Of a DNA stretch of 64,000 bases, positions 13,735-28,700 are shown piece after piece; position 1 is the stretch's first letter, and each line of letters opens with the position of its first letter. Source of the DNA: Eledone cirrhosa (taxonomy: Eukaryota); contig OZ024741.1 of assembly GCA_964016885.1 (NCBI GenBank), positions 210,552,001-210,616,000 on the forward strand, written 5' to 3'. The position numbers and the translations under genes were made by a program. The notes beneath the pieces are model-generated. The model saw nothing but the letters and a program-made list of their open reading frames with translations. It was not told the origin of the DNA and made no database searches.

Positions 13735-16600
13735 CACCTATCTCAGCCACAGTCCACCTATCTCAGCCACAGTCCACTGTCTCAGCCTCAGTTCACTGTC
13801 TCAGCCACAGTCCACCTATCTCAGCCACAGTCCACTGTCTCAGCCACAGTCCACCTATCTCAGCCACAGTCCACTGTCTCAGCCTCAGTCCACTGTCTCA
13901 GCCACAGTCCACCTATCTCAGCCACAGTCCACCTATCTCAACCACAGTCCACTGTCTCAGCCTCAGTTCACCTATCTCAACCACAGTCCACTGTCTCAGC
14001 CTCAGTCCACTGTCTCAGCCACAGTCCACTGTCTCAGCCTCATTCCACTGTCTCAGCCTCAGTCCACCTATGTCAGCCACAGTCCACTGTCTCAGCCTCA
14101 GTCCACCTATCTCAGCCACAGACCACTGTCTCAGCCACAGTCCACCTATCTCAGCCACAGTCCACTGTCTCAGCCACAGTCCACCTATCTCAACCACAGT
14201 CCACTGTCTCAGCCTCAGTCCACTGTCTCAGCCTCAGTTCACCTATCTCAACCACAGTCCACTGTCTCAGCCTCAGTCCACTGTCTCAGCCACAGTCCAC
14301 TGTCTCAGCCTCAGTCCACTGTCTCAGCCACAGTCCACCTATCTCAGCCACAGTCCACTGTCTCAGCCACAGTCCACCTATCTCAGCCACAGTCCACTGT
14401 CTCAGCCTCAATCCACCTATCTCAGCCACAGTCCACTGTCTCAGCCTCAGTCCACTGTCTCAGCCACAGTCCGCCTATCTCACCCTCAGTCCACTGTCTC
14501 AGTCTCAGTCCACTGTCTTAGCCACAGTCCACCTATCTCAGCCACAGTCCACTGTCTCAGTCTCAGTCCACCTATCTCAGTCTCAGTCCACTGTCTCAAC
14601 CACAGTCCACTGTCTCAGCCACAGTCCACTGTCTCAGTCTCAGTCCACCTATCTCAGCCACAGTCCACTGTCTCAGCCTCAGTCCACTGTCTCAGCCATA
14701 GTCCACTGTCTCAGCCTCAGTCCACTGCCTCAGCCTCAGTCCACCTATCTCAACCACAGTCCACTGTCTCAGCCTCAGTTCACCTATCTCAGCCACAGTC
14801 CACTGTCTCAGCCTCAGTCCACTATCTCAGCCACAGTCCACTGTCTCAGCCTCAGTCCACTGTCTCAGCCTCAGTCCACCTATCTCAACCACAGTCCACT
14901 GTCTCAGCCACAGTCCACCTATCTCAGCCACAGTCCACTGTCTCAGCCTCAGTCCACTGTCTCAGCCACAGTCCACCTATCTCAGCCACAGTCCACTGTC
15001 TCAGCCACAGTCCACTGTCTCAGTCTCAGTCCACCTATCTCAGCCACAGTCCACTGTCTCAGCCACAGTCCACCTATCTCAGCCACAGTCCACCTATCTC
15101 AGCCACAGTCCACTGTCTCAGCCACAGTCCACCTATCTCAGTCTCAGTCCACTGTCTCAGCCACAGTCCACTGTCTCAGTCTCAGTCCACCTATCTCAGC
15201 CACAGTCCACTGTCTCAGCCACAGTCCACCTATCTCAGCCACAGTCCACTGTCTCAGCCACAGTCCACCTATCTCAGTCTCAGTCCACTGTCTCAGCCAC
15301 AGTCCACTGTCTCAGCCACAGTCCACCTATCTCAGCCACAGTCCACCTATCTCAGCCACAGTCCACCTATCTCACCCTCAGTCCACTGTCTCAGCCACAG
15401 TCCACCTATCTCAGCCTCAGTCCACTGTCTCAGCCTCAGTCCGCTGTCTCAGCCTCAGTCCACCTATCTCAGCCTCAGTCCACTGTCTCAACCTCAGTCC
15501 ACTGTCTCAGCCTCAGTCCACCTATCTCAGCCACAGTCCACTGTCTCACCATCAGTCCACCGTCTCAGCCACAGTCCACTGTCTCAGCCACAGTCCACTG
15601 TCTCAGCCACAGTCCACTGTCTCAGCCACAGTCCACTGTCTCAGCCTCAGTTCACCTATCTCAACCACAGTCCACTGTCTCAACCTCAGTTCACCTATCT
15701 CAACCACAGTCCACTGTCTCAGCCTCAGTCCACTGTCTCAGCCTCAGTTCACCTATCTCAACCACAGTCCACTGTCTCAACCTCAGTCCACTGTCTCAGC
15801 CACAGTCCACTGTCTCAGCCACAGTCCACTGTCTCAGCCTCAGTCCACTGTCTCAGCCACAGTCCACTGTCTCAGTCTCAGTCCACTATCTCAGCCTCAG
15901 TCCACCTATCTCAGCCACAGTCCACTGTCTCAACCACAGTCCACTGTCTCAGCCTCAGTTCACCTATCTCAACCTCAGTCCACTGTCTCAGCCACAGTCC
16001 ACTGTCTCAGCCTCAGTCCACTGTCTCAGCCACAGTCCACCTATCTCAGCCACAGTCCACTGTCTCAGCCACAGTCCACCTATCTCAGCCACAGTCCACT
16101 GTCTCAGCCACAGTCCACCTATCTCAACCACAGTCCACTGTCTCAGCCTCAGTTCACCTATCTCAGCCACAGTCCACTGTCTCAGCCTCGGTCCACTGTC
16201 TCAGCCACAGTCCACCTATCTCAGCCACAGTCCACTGTCTCAGCCACAGTCCACCTATCTCAGCCACAGTCCACCTATCTCAGCCACAGTCCACTGTCTC
16301 AGCCACAGTCCACCTATCTCAGCCACAGTCCACCTATCTCAGCCACAGTCCACTGTCTCAGCCACAGTCCACCTATCTCAGTCTCAGTCCACTGTCTCAG
16401 CCACAGTCCACCTATCTCAGCCACAGTCCACTGTCTCAGCCTCAGTTCACCTATCTCAGCCACAGTCCATTGTCTCAGCCACAGTCCACCTATCTCAGCC
16501 ACAGTCCACTGTCTCAGCCTCAGTTCACCTATCTCAACCACAGTCCACTGTCTCAGCCTCAGTTCACCTATCTCAGCCACAGTCCACCTCTCTCAGCCAC
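13735..16600. repeat. Further copy of the ~7930-10800 block (offset 5805 bp = 2446 + 3359)
   Basis: CATTCC 8236/14041, TAG of CCATAG 8894/14699, minus ORFs 8210/14015, 10183/15988 and 10509/16314, all +5805. Confidence 0.88.
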
Positions 16601-16799
16601 AGTCCACTGTCTCAGCCTCAGTTCACCTATCTCAACCACAGTCCACTGTCTCAGCCTCAGTCCACCTATCTCAACCACAGTCCACCTATCTCAGTCTCAG
16701 TCCACTGTCTCAGCCACAGTCCACCTATCTCAACCACAGTCCACTGTCTCAGCCTCAGTTCACCTATCTCAGCCACAGTCCACCTATCTCAGTCTCAGT

Positions 16800-19700
16800 C
16801 CACTGTCTCAGCCACAGTCCACCTATCTCAGCCACAGTCCACTGTCTCAGCCTCAGTTCACCTATCTCAACCACAGTCCACCTATCTCAGTCTCAGTCCA
16901 CTGTCTCAGCCACAGTCCACTGTCTCAGCCACAGTCCACCTATCTCAGCCACAGTCCACTGTCTCAGCCTCAGTTCACCTATCTCAACCACAGTCCACCT
17001 ATCTCAGCCTCAGTCCACTGTCTCAGCCTCAGTTCACCTATCTCAGCCACAGTCCACTGTCTCAGCCACAGTCCACCTATCTCAGCCACAGTCCACTGTC
17101 TCAGCCACAGTCCACCTATCTCAACCACAGTCCACTGTCTCAGCCACAGTCCACCTATCTCAGCCACAGTCCACTGTCTCAGCCTCAGTTCACCTATCTC
17201 AACCACAGTCCACCTATCTCAGTCTCAGTCCACTGTCTCAGCCACAGTCCACTGTCTCAGCCACAGTCCACCTATCTCAGCCAGAGTCCACTGTCTCAGC
17301 CTCAGTTCACCTATCTCAACCACAGTCCACCTATCTCAGCCTCAGTCCACTGTCTCAGCCTCAGTTCACCTATCTCAGCCACAGTCCACTGTCTCAGCCA
17401 CAGTCCACCTATCTCAGCCACAGTCCACTGTCTCAGCCACAGTCCACCTATCTCAACCACAGTCCACTGTCTCAGCCACAGTCCACCTATCTCAGCCTCA
17501 GTCCACTGTCTCAGCCTCAGTCCACTGTCTCAGCCACAGTCCACTGTCTCAGCCTCAGTCCACTGTCTCAGCCACAGTCCACCTATCTCAGCCACAGTCC
17601 ACTGTCTCAGCCACAGTCCACCTATCTCAGCCACAGTCCACTGTCTCAGCCTCAGTCCACCTATCTCAGCCAGAGTCCACTGTCTCAGCCTCAGTCCACT
17701 GTCTCAGCCACAGTCCACCTATCTCAGCCACAGTCCACTGTCTCAGCCTCAGTCCACTGTCTCAGCCACAGTCCACCTACCTCAGCCACAGTCCACTGTC
17801 TCAGCCTCAGTCCACTGTCTCAGCCACAGTCCACCTATCTCAGCCACAGTCGACTGTCTCAGCCACAGTCCACCTATCTCAGCCACAGTCCACTGTCTCA
17901 GCCACAGTCCACCTATCTCAACCACAGTCCACTGTCTCAACCACAGTCCACTGTCTCAGCCTCAGTTCACCTATCTCAACCACAGTCCACTGTCTCAGCC
18001 TCAGTCCACTGTCTCAGCCACAGTCCACTGTCTCAGCCTCAGTCCACTGTCTCAGCCACAGTCCACTGTCTCAGCCTCAGTCCACTGTCTCAGCCACAGT
18101 CCACCTATCTCAGCCACAGTCCACTGTCTCAGCCACAGTCCACTGTCTCAGCCACAGTCCACTGTCTCAGCCTCAGTCCACTGTCTCAGCCACAGTCCAC
18201 TGTCTCAGCCTCAGTCCACTGTCTCAGCCACAGTCCACCTATCTCAGCCACAGTCCACTGTCTCAGCCACAGTCCACTGTCTCAGCCACAGTCCACTGTC
18301 TCAGCCACAGTCCACCTATCTCAACCACAGTCCACTGTCTCAACCACAGTCCACTGTCTCAGCCTCAGTTCACCTATCTCAACCACAGTCCACTGTCTCA
18401 GCCACAGTCCACCTATCTCAGCCACAGTCCACTGTCTCAGCCACAGTCCACCTATCTCAGCCACAGTCCACCTATCTCAGCCACAGTCCACTGTCTCAGC
18501 CACAGTCCACCTATCTCAGCCACAGTCCACCTATCTCAGCCACAGTCCACTGTCTCAGCCACAGTCCACCTATCTCAGTCTCAGTCCACTGTCTCAGCCA
18601 CAGTCCACCTATCTCAGCCACAGTCCACTGTCTCAGCCTCAGTTCACCTATCTCAGCCACAGTCCATTGTCTCAGCCACAGTCCACCTATCTCAGCCACA
18701 GTCCACTGTCTCAGCCTCAGTTCACCTATCTCAACCACAGTCCACTGTCTCAGCCTCAGTTCACCTATCTCAGCCACAGTCCACCTATCTCAGTCTCAGT
18801 CCACTGTCTCAGCCACAGTCCACCTATCTCAGCCACAGTCCACTGTCTCAGCCTCAGTTCACCTATCTCAACCACAGTCCACTGTCTCAGCCTAAGTCCA
18901 CCTATCTCAACCACAGTCCACCTATCTCAGTCTCAGTCCACTGTCTCAGCCACAGTCCACCTATCTCAACCACAGTCCACTGTCTCAGCCTCAGTTCACC
19001 TATCTCAGCCACAGTCCACCTATCTCAGTCTCAGTCCACTGTCTCAGCCACAGTCCACCTATCTCAGCCACAGTCCACTGTCTCAGCCTCAGTTCACCTA
19101 TCTCAGCCACAGTCCACTGTCTCAGCCTCAGTCCACTGTCTCAGCCACAGTCCACCTATCTCAGCCACAGTCCACTGTCTCAGCCACAGTCCACCTATTT
19201 CAGCCACAGTCCACCTATCTCAGCCACAGTCCACTGTCTCAGCCACAGTCCACCTATCTCAGCCACAGTCCACCTATCTCAGCCACAGTCCACTGTCTCA
19301 GCCACAGTCCACCTATCTCAGTCTCAGTCCACTGTCTCAGCCACAGTCCACCTATCTCAGCCACAGTCCACTGTCTCAGCCTCAGTTCACCTATCTCAGC
19401 CACAGTCCATTGTCTCAGCCACAGTCCACCTATCTCAGCCACAGTCCACTGTCTCAGCCTCAGTTCACCTATCTCAGCCACAGTCCACCTATCTCAGTCT
19501 CAGTCCACTGTCTCAGCCACAGTCCACCTATCTCAGCCACAGTCCACTGTCTCAGCCTCAGTTCACCTATCTCAACCACAGTCCACTGTCTCAGCCTCAG
19601 TCCACCTATCTCAACCACAGTCCACCTATCTCAGTCTCAGTCCACTGTCTCAGCCACAGTCCACCTATCTCAACCACAGTCCACTGTCTCAGCCTCAGTT

Positions 19701-22700
19701 CACCTATCTCAGCCACAGTCCACCTATCTCAGTCTCAGTCCACTGTCTCAGCCACAGTCCACCTATCTCAGCCACAGTCCACTGTCTCAGCCTCAGTTCA
19801 CCTATCTCAACCACAGTCCACCTATCTCAGTCTCAGTCCACTGTCTCAGCCACAGTCCACTGTCTCAGCCACAGTCCACCTATCTCAGCCACAGTCCACT
19901 GTCTCAGCCTCAGTTCACCTATCTCAACCACAGTCCACCTATCTCAGCCTCAGTCCACTGTCTCAGCCTCAGTTCACCTATCTCAGCCACAGTCCACTGT
20001 CTCAGCCACAGTCCACCTATCTCAGCCACAGTCCACTGTCTCAGCCACAGTCCACCTATCTCAACCACAGTCCACTGTCTCAGCCACAGTCCACCTATCT
20101 CAGCCACAGTCCACTGTCTCAGCCTCAGTTCACCTATCTCAGCCACAGTCCACTGTCTCAGCCACAGTCCACCTATCTCAGCCACAGTCCACTGTCTCAG
20201 CCACAGTCCACCTATCTCAACCACAGTCCACTGTCTCAGCCACAGTCCACCTATCTCAGCCTCAGTCCACTGTCTCAGCCTCAGTCCACTGTCTCAGCCA
20301 CAGTCCACTGTCTCAGCCTCAGTCCACTGTCTCAGCCACAGTCCACCTATCTCAGCCACAGTCCACTGTCTCAGCCACAGTCCACCTATCTCAGCCACAG
20401 TCCACTGTCTCAGCCTCAGTCCACCTATCTCAGCCAGAGTCCACTGTCTCAGCCTCAGTCCACTGTCTCAGCCACAGTCCACCTATCTCAGCCACAGTCC
20501 ACTGTCTCAGCCTCAGTCCACTGTCTCAGCCACAGTCCACCTACCTCAGCCACAGTCCACTGTCTCAGCCTCAGTCCACTGTCTCAGCCACAGTCCACCT
20601 ATCTCAGCCACAGTCGACTGTCTCAGCCACAGTCCACCTATCTCAGCCACAGTCCACTGTCTCAGCCACAGTCCACCTATCTCAACCACAGTCCACTGTC
20701 TCAACCACAGTCCACTGTCTCAGCCTCAGTTCACCTATCTCAACCACAGTCCACTGTCTCAGCCTCAGTCCACTGTCTCAGCCACAGTCCACTGTCTCAG
20801 CCTCAGTCCACTGTCTCAGCCACAGTCCACTGTCTCAGCCTCAGTCCACTGTCTCAGCCACAGTCCACCTATCTCAGCCACAGTCCACTGTCTCAGCCAC
20901 AGTCCACTGTCTCAGCCACAGTCCACTGTCTCAGCCTCAGTCCACTGTCTCAGCCACAGTCCACTGTCTCAGCCTCAGTCCACTGTCTCAGCCACAGTCC
21001 ACCTATCTCAGCCACAGTCCACTGTCTCAGCCACAGTCCACTGTCTCAGCCACAGTCCACTGTCTCAGCCACAGTCCACCTATCTCAACCACAGTCCACT
21101 GTCTCAACCACAGTCCACTGTCTCAGCCTCAGTTCACCTATCTCAACCACAGTCCACTGTCTCAGCCACAGTCCACCTATCTCAGCCACAGTCCACTGTC
21201 TCAGCCACAGTCCACCTATCTCAGCCACAGTCCACCTATCTCAGCCACAGTCCACTGTCTCAGCCACAGTCCACCTATCTCAGCCACAGTCCACCTATCT
21301 CAGCCACAGTCCACTGTCTCAGCCACAGTCCACCTATCTCAGTCTCAGTCCACTGTCTCAGCCACAGTCCACCTATCTCAGCCACAGTCCACTGTCTCAG
21401 CCTCAGTTCACCTATCTCAGCCACAGTCCATTGTCTCAGCCACAGTCCACCTATCTCAGCCACAGTCCACTGTCTCAGCCTCAGTTCACCTATCTCAACC
21501 ACAGTCCACTGTCTCAGCCTCAGTTCACCTATCTCAGCCACAGTCCACCTATCTCAGTCTCAGTCCACTGTCTCAGCCACAGTCCACCTATCTCAGCCAC
21601 AGTCCACTGTCTCAGCCTCAGTTCACCTATCTCAACCACAGTCCACTGTCTCAGCCTCAGTCCACCTATCTCAACCACAGTCCACCTATCTCAGTCTCAG
21701 TCCACTGTCTCAGCCACAGTCCACCTATCTCAGCCACAGTCCACTGTCTCAGCCTCAGTCCACCTATCTCAGCCAGAGTCCACTGTCTCAGCCTCAGTCC
21801 ACTGTCTCAGCCACAGTCCACCTATCTCAGCCACAGTCCACTGTCTCAGCCTCAGTCCACTGTCTCAGCCACAGTCCACCTACCTCAGCCACAGTCCACT
21901 GTCTCAGCCTCAGTCCACTGTCTCAGCCACAGTCCACCTATCTCAGCCACAGTCGACTGTCTCAGCCACAGTCCACCTATCTCAGCCACAGTCCACTGTC
22001 TCAGCCACAGTCCACCTATCTCAACCACAGTCCACTGTCTCAACCACAGTCCACTGTCTCAGCCTCAGTTCACCTATCTCAACCACAGTCCACTGTCTCA
22101 GCCTCAGTCCACTGTCTCAGCCACAGTCCACTGTCTCAGCCTCAGTCCACTGTCTCAGCCACAGTCCACTGTCTCAGCCTCAGTCCACTGTCTCAGCCAC
22201 AGTCCACCTATCTCAGCCACAGTCCACTGTCTCAGCCACAGTCCACTGTCTCAGCCACAGTCCACTGTCTCAGCCTCAGTCCACTGTCTCAGCCACAGTC
22301 CACTGTCTCAGCCTCAGTCCACTGTCTCAGCCACAGGCCACCTATCTCAGCCACAGTCCACTGTCTCAGCCACAGTCCACTGTCTCAGCCACAGTCCACT
22401 GTCTCAGCCACAGTCCACCTATCTCAACCACAGTCCACTGTCTCAACCACAGTCCACTGTCTCAGCCTCAGTTCACCTATCTCAACCACAGTCCACTGTC
22501 TCAGCCACAGTCCACCTATCTCAGCCACAGTCCACTGTCTCAGCCACAGTCCACCTATCTCAGCCACAGTCCACCTATCTCAGCCACAGTCCACTGTCTC
22601 AGCCACAGTCCACCTATCTCAGCCACAGTCCACCTATCTCAGCCACAGTCCACTGTCTCAGCCACAGTCCACCTATCTCAGTCTCAGTCCACTGTCTCAG

Positions 22701-25700
22701 CCACAGTCCACCTATCTCAGCCACAGTCCACTGTCTCAGCCTCAGTTCACCTATCTCAGCCACAGTCCATTGTCTCAGCCACAGTCCACCTATCTCAGCC
22801 ACAGTCCACTGTCTCAGCCTCAGTTCACCTATCTCAACCACAGTCCACTGTCTCAGCCTCAGTTCACCTATCTCAGCCACAGTCCACCTATCTCAGTCTC
22901 AGTCCACTGTCTCAGCCACAGTCCACCTATCTCAGCCACAGTCCACTGTCTCAGCCTCAGTTCACCTATCTCAACCACAGTCCACTGTCTCAGCCTCAGT
23001 CCACCTATCTCAACCACAGTCCACCTATCTCAGTCTCAGTCCACTGTCTCAGCCACAGTCCACCTATCTCAACCACAGTCCACTGTCTCAGCCTCAGTTC
23101 ACCTATCTCAGCCACAGTCCACCTATCTCAGTCTCAGTCCACTGTCTCAGCCACAGTCCACCTATCTCAACCACAGTCCACTGTCTCAGCCTCAGTTCAC
23201 CTATCTCAACCACAGTCCACCTATCTCAGTCTCAGTCCACTGTCTCAGCCACAGTCCACTGTCTCAGCCACAGTCCACCTATCTCAGCCACAGTCCACTG
23301 TCTCAGCCTCAGTTCACCTATCTCAACCACAGTCCACCTATCTCAGCCTCAGTCCACTGTCTCAGCCTCAGTTCACCTATCTCAGCCACAGTCCGCTGTC
23401 TCAGCCACAGTCCACCTATCTCAGCCACAGTCCACTGTCTCAGCCACAGTCCACCTATCTCAACCACAGTCCACTGTCTCAGCCACAGTCCACCTATCTC
23501 AGCCACAGTCCACTGTCTCAGCCTCAGTTCACCTATCTCAACCACAGTCCACCTATCTCAGTCTCAGTCCACTGTCTCAGCCACAGTCCACTGTCTCAGC
23601 CACAGTCCACCTATCTCAGCCACAGTCCACTGTCTCAGCCTCAGTTCACCTATCTCAACCACAGTCCACCTATCTCAGCCTCAGTCCACTGTCTCAGCCT
23701 CAGTTCACCTATCTCAGCCACAGTCCACTGTCTCAGCCACAGTCCACCTATCTCAGCCACAGTCCACTGTCTCAGCCACAGTCCACCTATCTCAACCACA
23801 GTCCACTGTCTCAGCCACAGTCCACCTATCTCAGCCTCAGTCCACTGTCTCAGCCTCAGTCCACTGTCTCAGCCACAGTCCACTGTCTCAGCCTCAGTCC
23901 ACTGTCTCAGCCACAGTCCACCTATCTCAGCCACAGTCCACTGTCTCAGCCACAGTCCACCTATCTCAGCCACAGTCCACTGTCTCAGCCTCAGTCCACC
24001 TATCTCAGCCAGAGTCCACTGTCTCAGCCTCAGTCCACTGTCTCAGCCACAGTCCACCTATCTCAGCCACAGTCCACTGTCTCAGCCTCAGTCCACTGTC
24101 TCAGCCACAGTCCACCTACCTCAGCCACAGTCCACTGTCTCAGCCTCAGTCCACTGTCTCAGCCACAGTCCACCTATCTCAGCCACAGTCGACTGTCTCA
24201 GCCACAGTCCACCTATCTCAACCACAGTCCACTGTCTCAACCACAATCCACTGTCTCAGCCTCAGTTCACCTATCTCAACCACAGTCCACTGTCTCAGCC
24301 TCAGTCCACTGTCTCAGCCACAGTCCACTGTCTCAGCCTCAGTCCACTGTCTCAGCCACAGTCCACTGTCTCAGCCTCAGTCCACTGTCTCAGCCACAGT
24401 CCACCTATCTCAGCCACAGTCCACTGTCTCAGCCACAGTCCACTGTCTCAGCCACAGTCCACTGTCTCAGCCACAGTCCACCTATCTCAACCACAGTCCA
24501 CTGTCTCAACCACAGTCCACTGTCTCAGCCTCAGTTCACCTATCTCAACCACAGTCCACTGTCTCAGCCTCAGTCCACCTATCTCAGCCACAGTCCACCT
24601 ATCTCAGCCACAGTCCACCTATCTCAGCCACAGTCCACTGTCTCAGCCTCAGTCCACTGTCTCAGCCACAGTCCACCTATCTCAGCCACAGTCCACTGTC
24701 TCAGCCACAGTCCACTGTCTCAGCCTCAGTCCACTGTCTCAGCCACAGTCCACCTATCTCAGCCACAGTCCACCTATCTCAGCCTCAGTCCACTGTCTCA
24801 GCCTCAGTCCACTGTCTCAGCCACAGTCCACCTATCTCAGCCACAGTCCACTGTCTCAGCCTCAGTCCACCTATCTCAGCCACAGTCCACCTATCTCAGC
24901 CACAGTCCACTGTTTCAGCCACAGTCCACTGTCTCAGCCACAGTCCATCTATCTCAGCCACAGTCCACTGTCTCAGCCACAGTCAACCTATCTCAACCAC
25001 AGTCCACTGTCTCAACCACAGTCCACTGTCTCAGCCACAGTCCACTGTCTCAGCCTCAGTCCACCTATCTCAGCCACAGTCCACCTATCTCAGCCACAGT
25101 CCACTGTCTCAGCCACAGTCCACTGTCTCAGCCACAGTCCACCTATCTCAGCCACAGTCCACTGTCTCAGCCTCAGTCCACTGTCTCAGCCACAGTCCAC
25201 CTATCTCAGCCACAGTCCACCTATCTCAGCCACAGTCCACTGTCTCAGCCTCAGTTCACTGTCTCAGCCACAGTCCACCTATCTCAGCCACAGTCCACTG
25301 TCTCAGCCACAGTCCACCTATCTCAGCCACAGTCCAATGTCTCAGCCTCAGTCCACCTATCTCAGCCACAGTCCACTGTCTCAGCCTCAGTCCACTGTCT
25401 CAGCCACAGTCCACCTATCTCAGCCACAGTCCACTGTCTCAGCCTCAGTCCACTGTCTCAGCCACAGTCCACCTATCTCAGCCACAGTCCACCTATCGCA
25501 GCCACAGTCCACTGTCTCAGCCTCAGTTCACTGTCTCAGCCACAGTCCACCTATCTCAGCCACAGTCCACTGTCTCAGCCACAGTCCACCTATCTCAGCC
25601 ACAGTCCACTGTCTCAGCCTCAGTCCACTGTCTCAGCCACAGTCCACCTATCTCAGCCACAGTCCACCTATCTCAACCACAGTCCACTGTCTCAGCCTCA

Positions 25701-28700
25701 GTTCACCTATCTCAACCACAGTCCACTGTCTCAGCCTCATTCCACTGTCTCAGCCTCAGTCCACCTATGTCAGCCACAGTCCACTGTCTCAGCCTCAGTC
25801 CACGTATCTCAGCCACAGACCACTGTCTCAGCCACAGTCCACCTATCTCAGCCACAGTCCACTGTCTCAGCCACAGTCCACCTATCTCAACCACAGTCCA
25901 CTGTCTCAGCCTCAGTCCACTGTCTCAGCCTCAGTTCACCTATCTCAACCACAGTCCACTGTCTCAGCCTCAGTCCACTGTCTCAGCCACAGTCCACTGT
26001 CTCAGCCTCAGTCCACTGTCTCAGCCACAGTCCACCTATCTCAGCCACAGTCCACTGTCTCAGCCACAGTCCACCTATCTCAGCCACAGTCCACTGTCTC
26101 AGCCTCAATCCACCTATCTCAGCCACAGTCCACTGTCTCAGCCTCAGTCCACTGTCTCAGCCACAGTCCGCCTATCTCACCCTCAGTCCACTGTCTCAGC
26201 CACAGTCCACCTATCTCAGCCTCAGTCCACCGTCTCAGCCACAGTCCACTGTCTCAGCCACAGTCCATTGTCTCAGCCACAGTCCACTGTCTCAGCCTCA
26301 GTTCACCTATCTCAACCACAGTCCACTGTCTCAACCTCAGTTCACCTATCTCAACCACAGTCCACTGTCTCAGCCTCAGTCCACTGTCTCAGCCACAGTC
26401 CACTGTCTCAGCCTCAGTCCACTGTCTCAGCCACAGTCCACTGTCTCAGCCTCAGTCCACTGTCTCAGCCACAGTCCACCTATCTCAGCCACAGTCCACT
26501 GTCTCAGCCACAGTCCACTGTCTCAGCCACAGTCCACTGTCTCAGCCACAGTCCACCTATCTCAACCACAGTCCACTGTCTCAACCACAGTCCACTGTCT
26601 CAGCCTCAGTTCACCTATCTCAACCACAGTCCACTGTCTCAGCCACAGTCCACCTATCTCAGCCACAGTCCACTGTCTCAGCCACAGTCCACCTATCTCA
26701 GCCACAGTCCACCTATCTCAGCCACAGTCCACTGTCTCAGCCACAGTCCACCTATCTCAGCCACAGTCCACCTATCTCAGCCACAGTCCACTGTCTCAGC
26801 CACAGTCCACCTATCTCAGTCTCAGTCCACTGTCTCAGCCACAGTCCACCTATCTCAGCCACAGTCCACTGTCTCAGCCTCAGTTCACCTATCTCAGCCA
26901 CAGTCCATTGTCTCAGCCACAGTCCACCTATCTCAGCCACAGTCCACTGTCTCAGCCTCAGTTCACCTATCTCAACCACAGTCCACTGTCTCAGCCTCAG
27001 TTCACCTATCTCAGCCACAGTCCACCTATCTCAGTCTCAGTCCACTGTCTCAGCCACAGTCCACCTATCTCAGCCACAGTCCACTGTCTCAGCCTCAGTT
27101 CACCTATCTCAACCACAGTCCACTGTCTCAGCCTCAGTCCACCTATCTCAACCACAGTCCACCTATCTCAGTCTCAGTCCACTGTCTCAGCCACAGTCCA
27201 CCTATCTCAACCACAGTCCACTGTCTCAGCCTCAGTTCACCTATCTCAGCCACAGTCCACCTATCTCAGTCTCAGTCCACTGTCTCAGCCACAGTCCACC
27301 TATCTCAGCCACAGTCCACTGTCTCAGCCTCAGTTCACCTATCTCAACCACAGTCCACCTATCTCAGTCTCAGTCCACTGTCTCAGCCACAGTCCACTGT
27401 CTCAGCCACAGTCCACCTATCTCAGCCACAGTCCACTGTCTCAGCCTCAGTTCACCTATCTCAACCACAGTCCACCTATCTCAGCCTCAGTCCACTGTCT
27501 CAGCCTCAGTTCACCTATCTCAGCCACAGTCCACTGTCTCAGCCACAGTCCACCTATCTCAGCCACAGTCCACTGTCTCAGCCACAGTCCACCTATCTCA
27601 ACCACAGTCCACTGTCTCAGCCACAGTCCACCTATCTCAGCCACAGTCCACTGTCTCAGCCTCAGTTCACCTATCTCAACCACAGTCCACCTATCTCAGT
27701 CTCAGTCCACTGTCTCAGCCACAGTCCACTGTCTCAGCCACAGTCCACCTATCTCAGCCACAGTCCACTGTCTCAGCCTCAGTTCACCTATCTCAACCAC
27801 AGTCCACCTATCTCAGCCTCAGTCCACTGTCTCAGCCTCAGTTCACCTATCTCAGCCACAGTCCACTGTCTCAGCCACAGTCCACCTATCTCAGCCACAG
27901 TCCACTGTCTCAGCCACAGTCCACCTATCTCAACCACAGTCCACTGTCTCAGCCACAGTCCACCTATCTCAGCCACAGTCCACTGTCTCAGCCTCAGTTC
28001 ACCTATCTCAACCACAGTCCACCTATCTCAGTCTCAGTCCACTGTCTCAGCCACAGTCCACTGTCTCAGCCACAGTCCACCTATCTCAGCCACAGTCCAC
28101 TGTCTCAGCCTCAGTTCACCTATCTCAACCACAGTCCACCTATCTCAGCCTCAGTCCACTGTCTCAGCCTCAGTTCACCTATCTCAGCCACAGTCCACTG
28201 TCTCAGCCACAGTCCACCTATCTCAGCCACAGTCCACTGTCTCAGCCACAGTCCACCTATCTCAACCACAGTCCACTGTCTCAGCCACAGTCCACCTATC
28301 TCAGCCTCAGTCCACTGTCTCAGCCTCAGTCCACTGTCTCAGCCACAGTCCACTGTCTCAGCCTCAGTCCACTGTCTCAGCCACAGTCCACCTATCTCAG
28401 CCACAGTCCACTGTCTCAGCCACAGTCCACCTATCTCAGCCACAGTCCACTGTCTCAGCCTCAGTCCACCTATCTCAGCCAGAGTCCACTGTCTCAGCCT
28501 CAGTCCACTGTCTCAGCCACAGTCCACCTATCTCAGCCACAGTCCACTGTCTCAGCCTCAGTCCACTGTCTCAGCCACAGTCCACCTACCTCAGCCACAG
28601 TCCACTGTCTCAGCCTCAGTCCACTGTCTCAGCCACAGTCCACCTATCTCAGCCACAGTCGACTGTCTCAGCCACAGTCCACCTATCTCAGCCACAGTCC

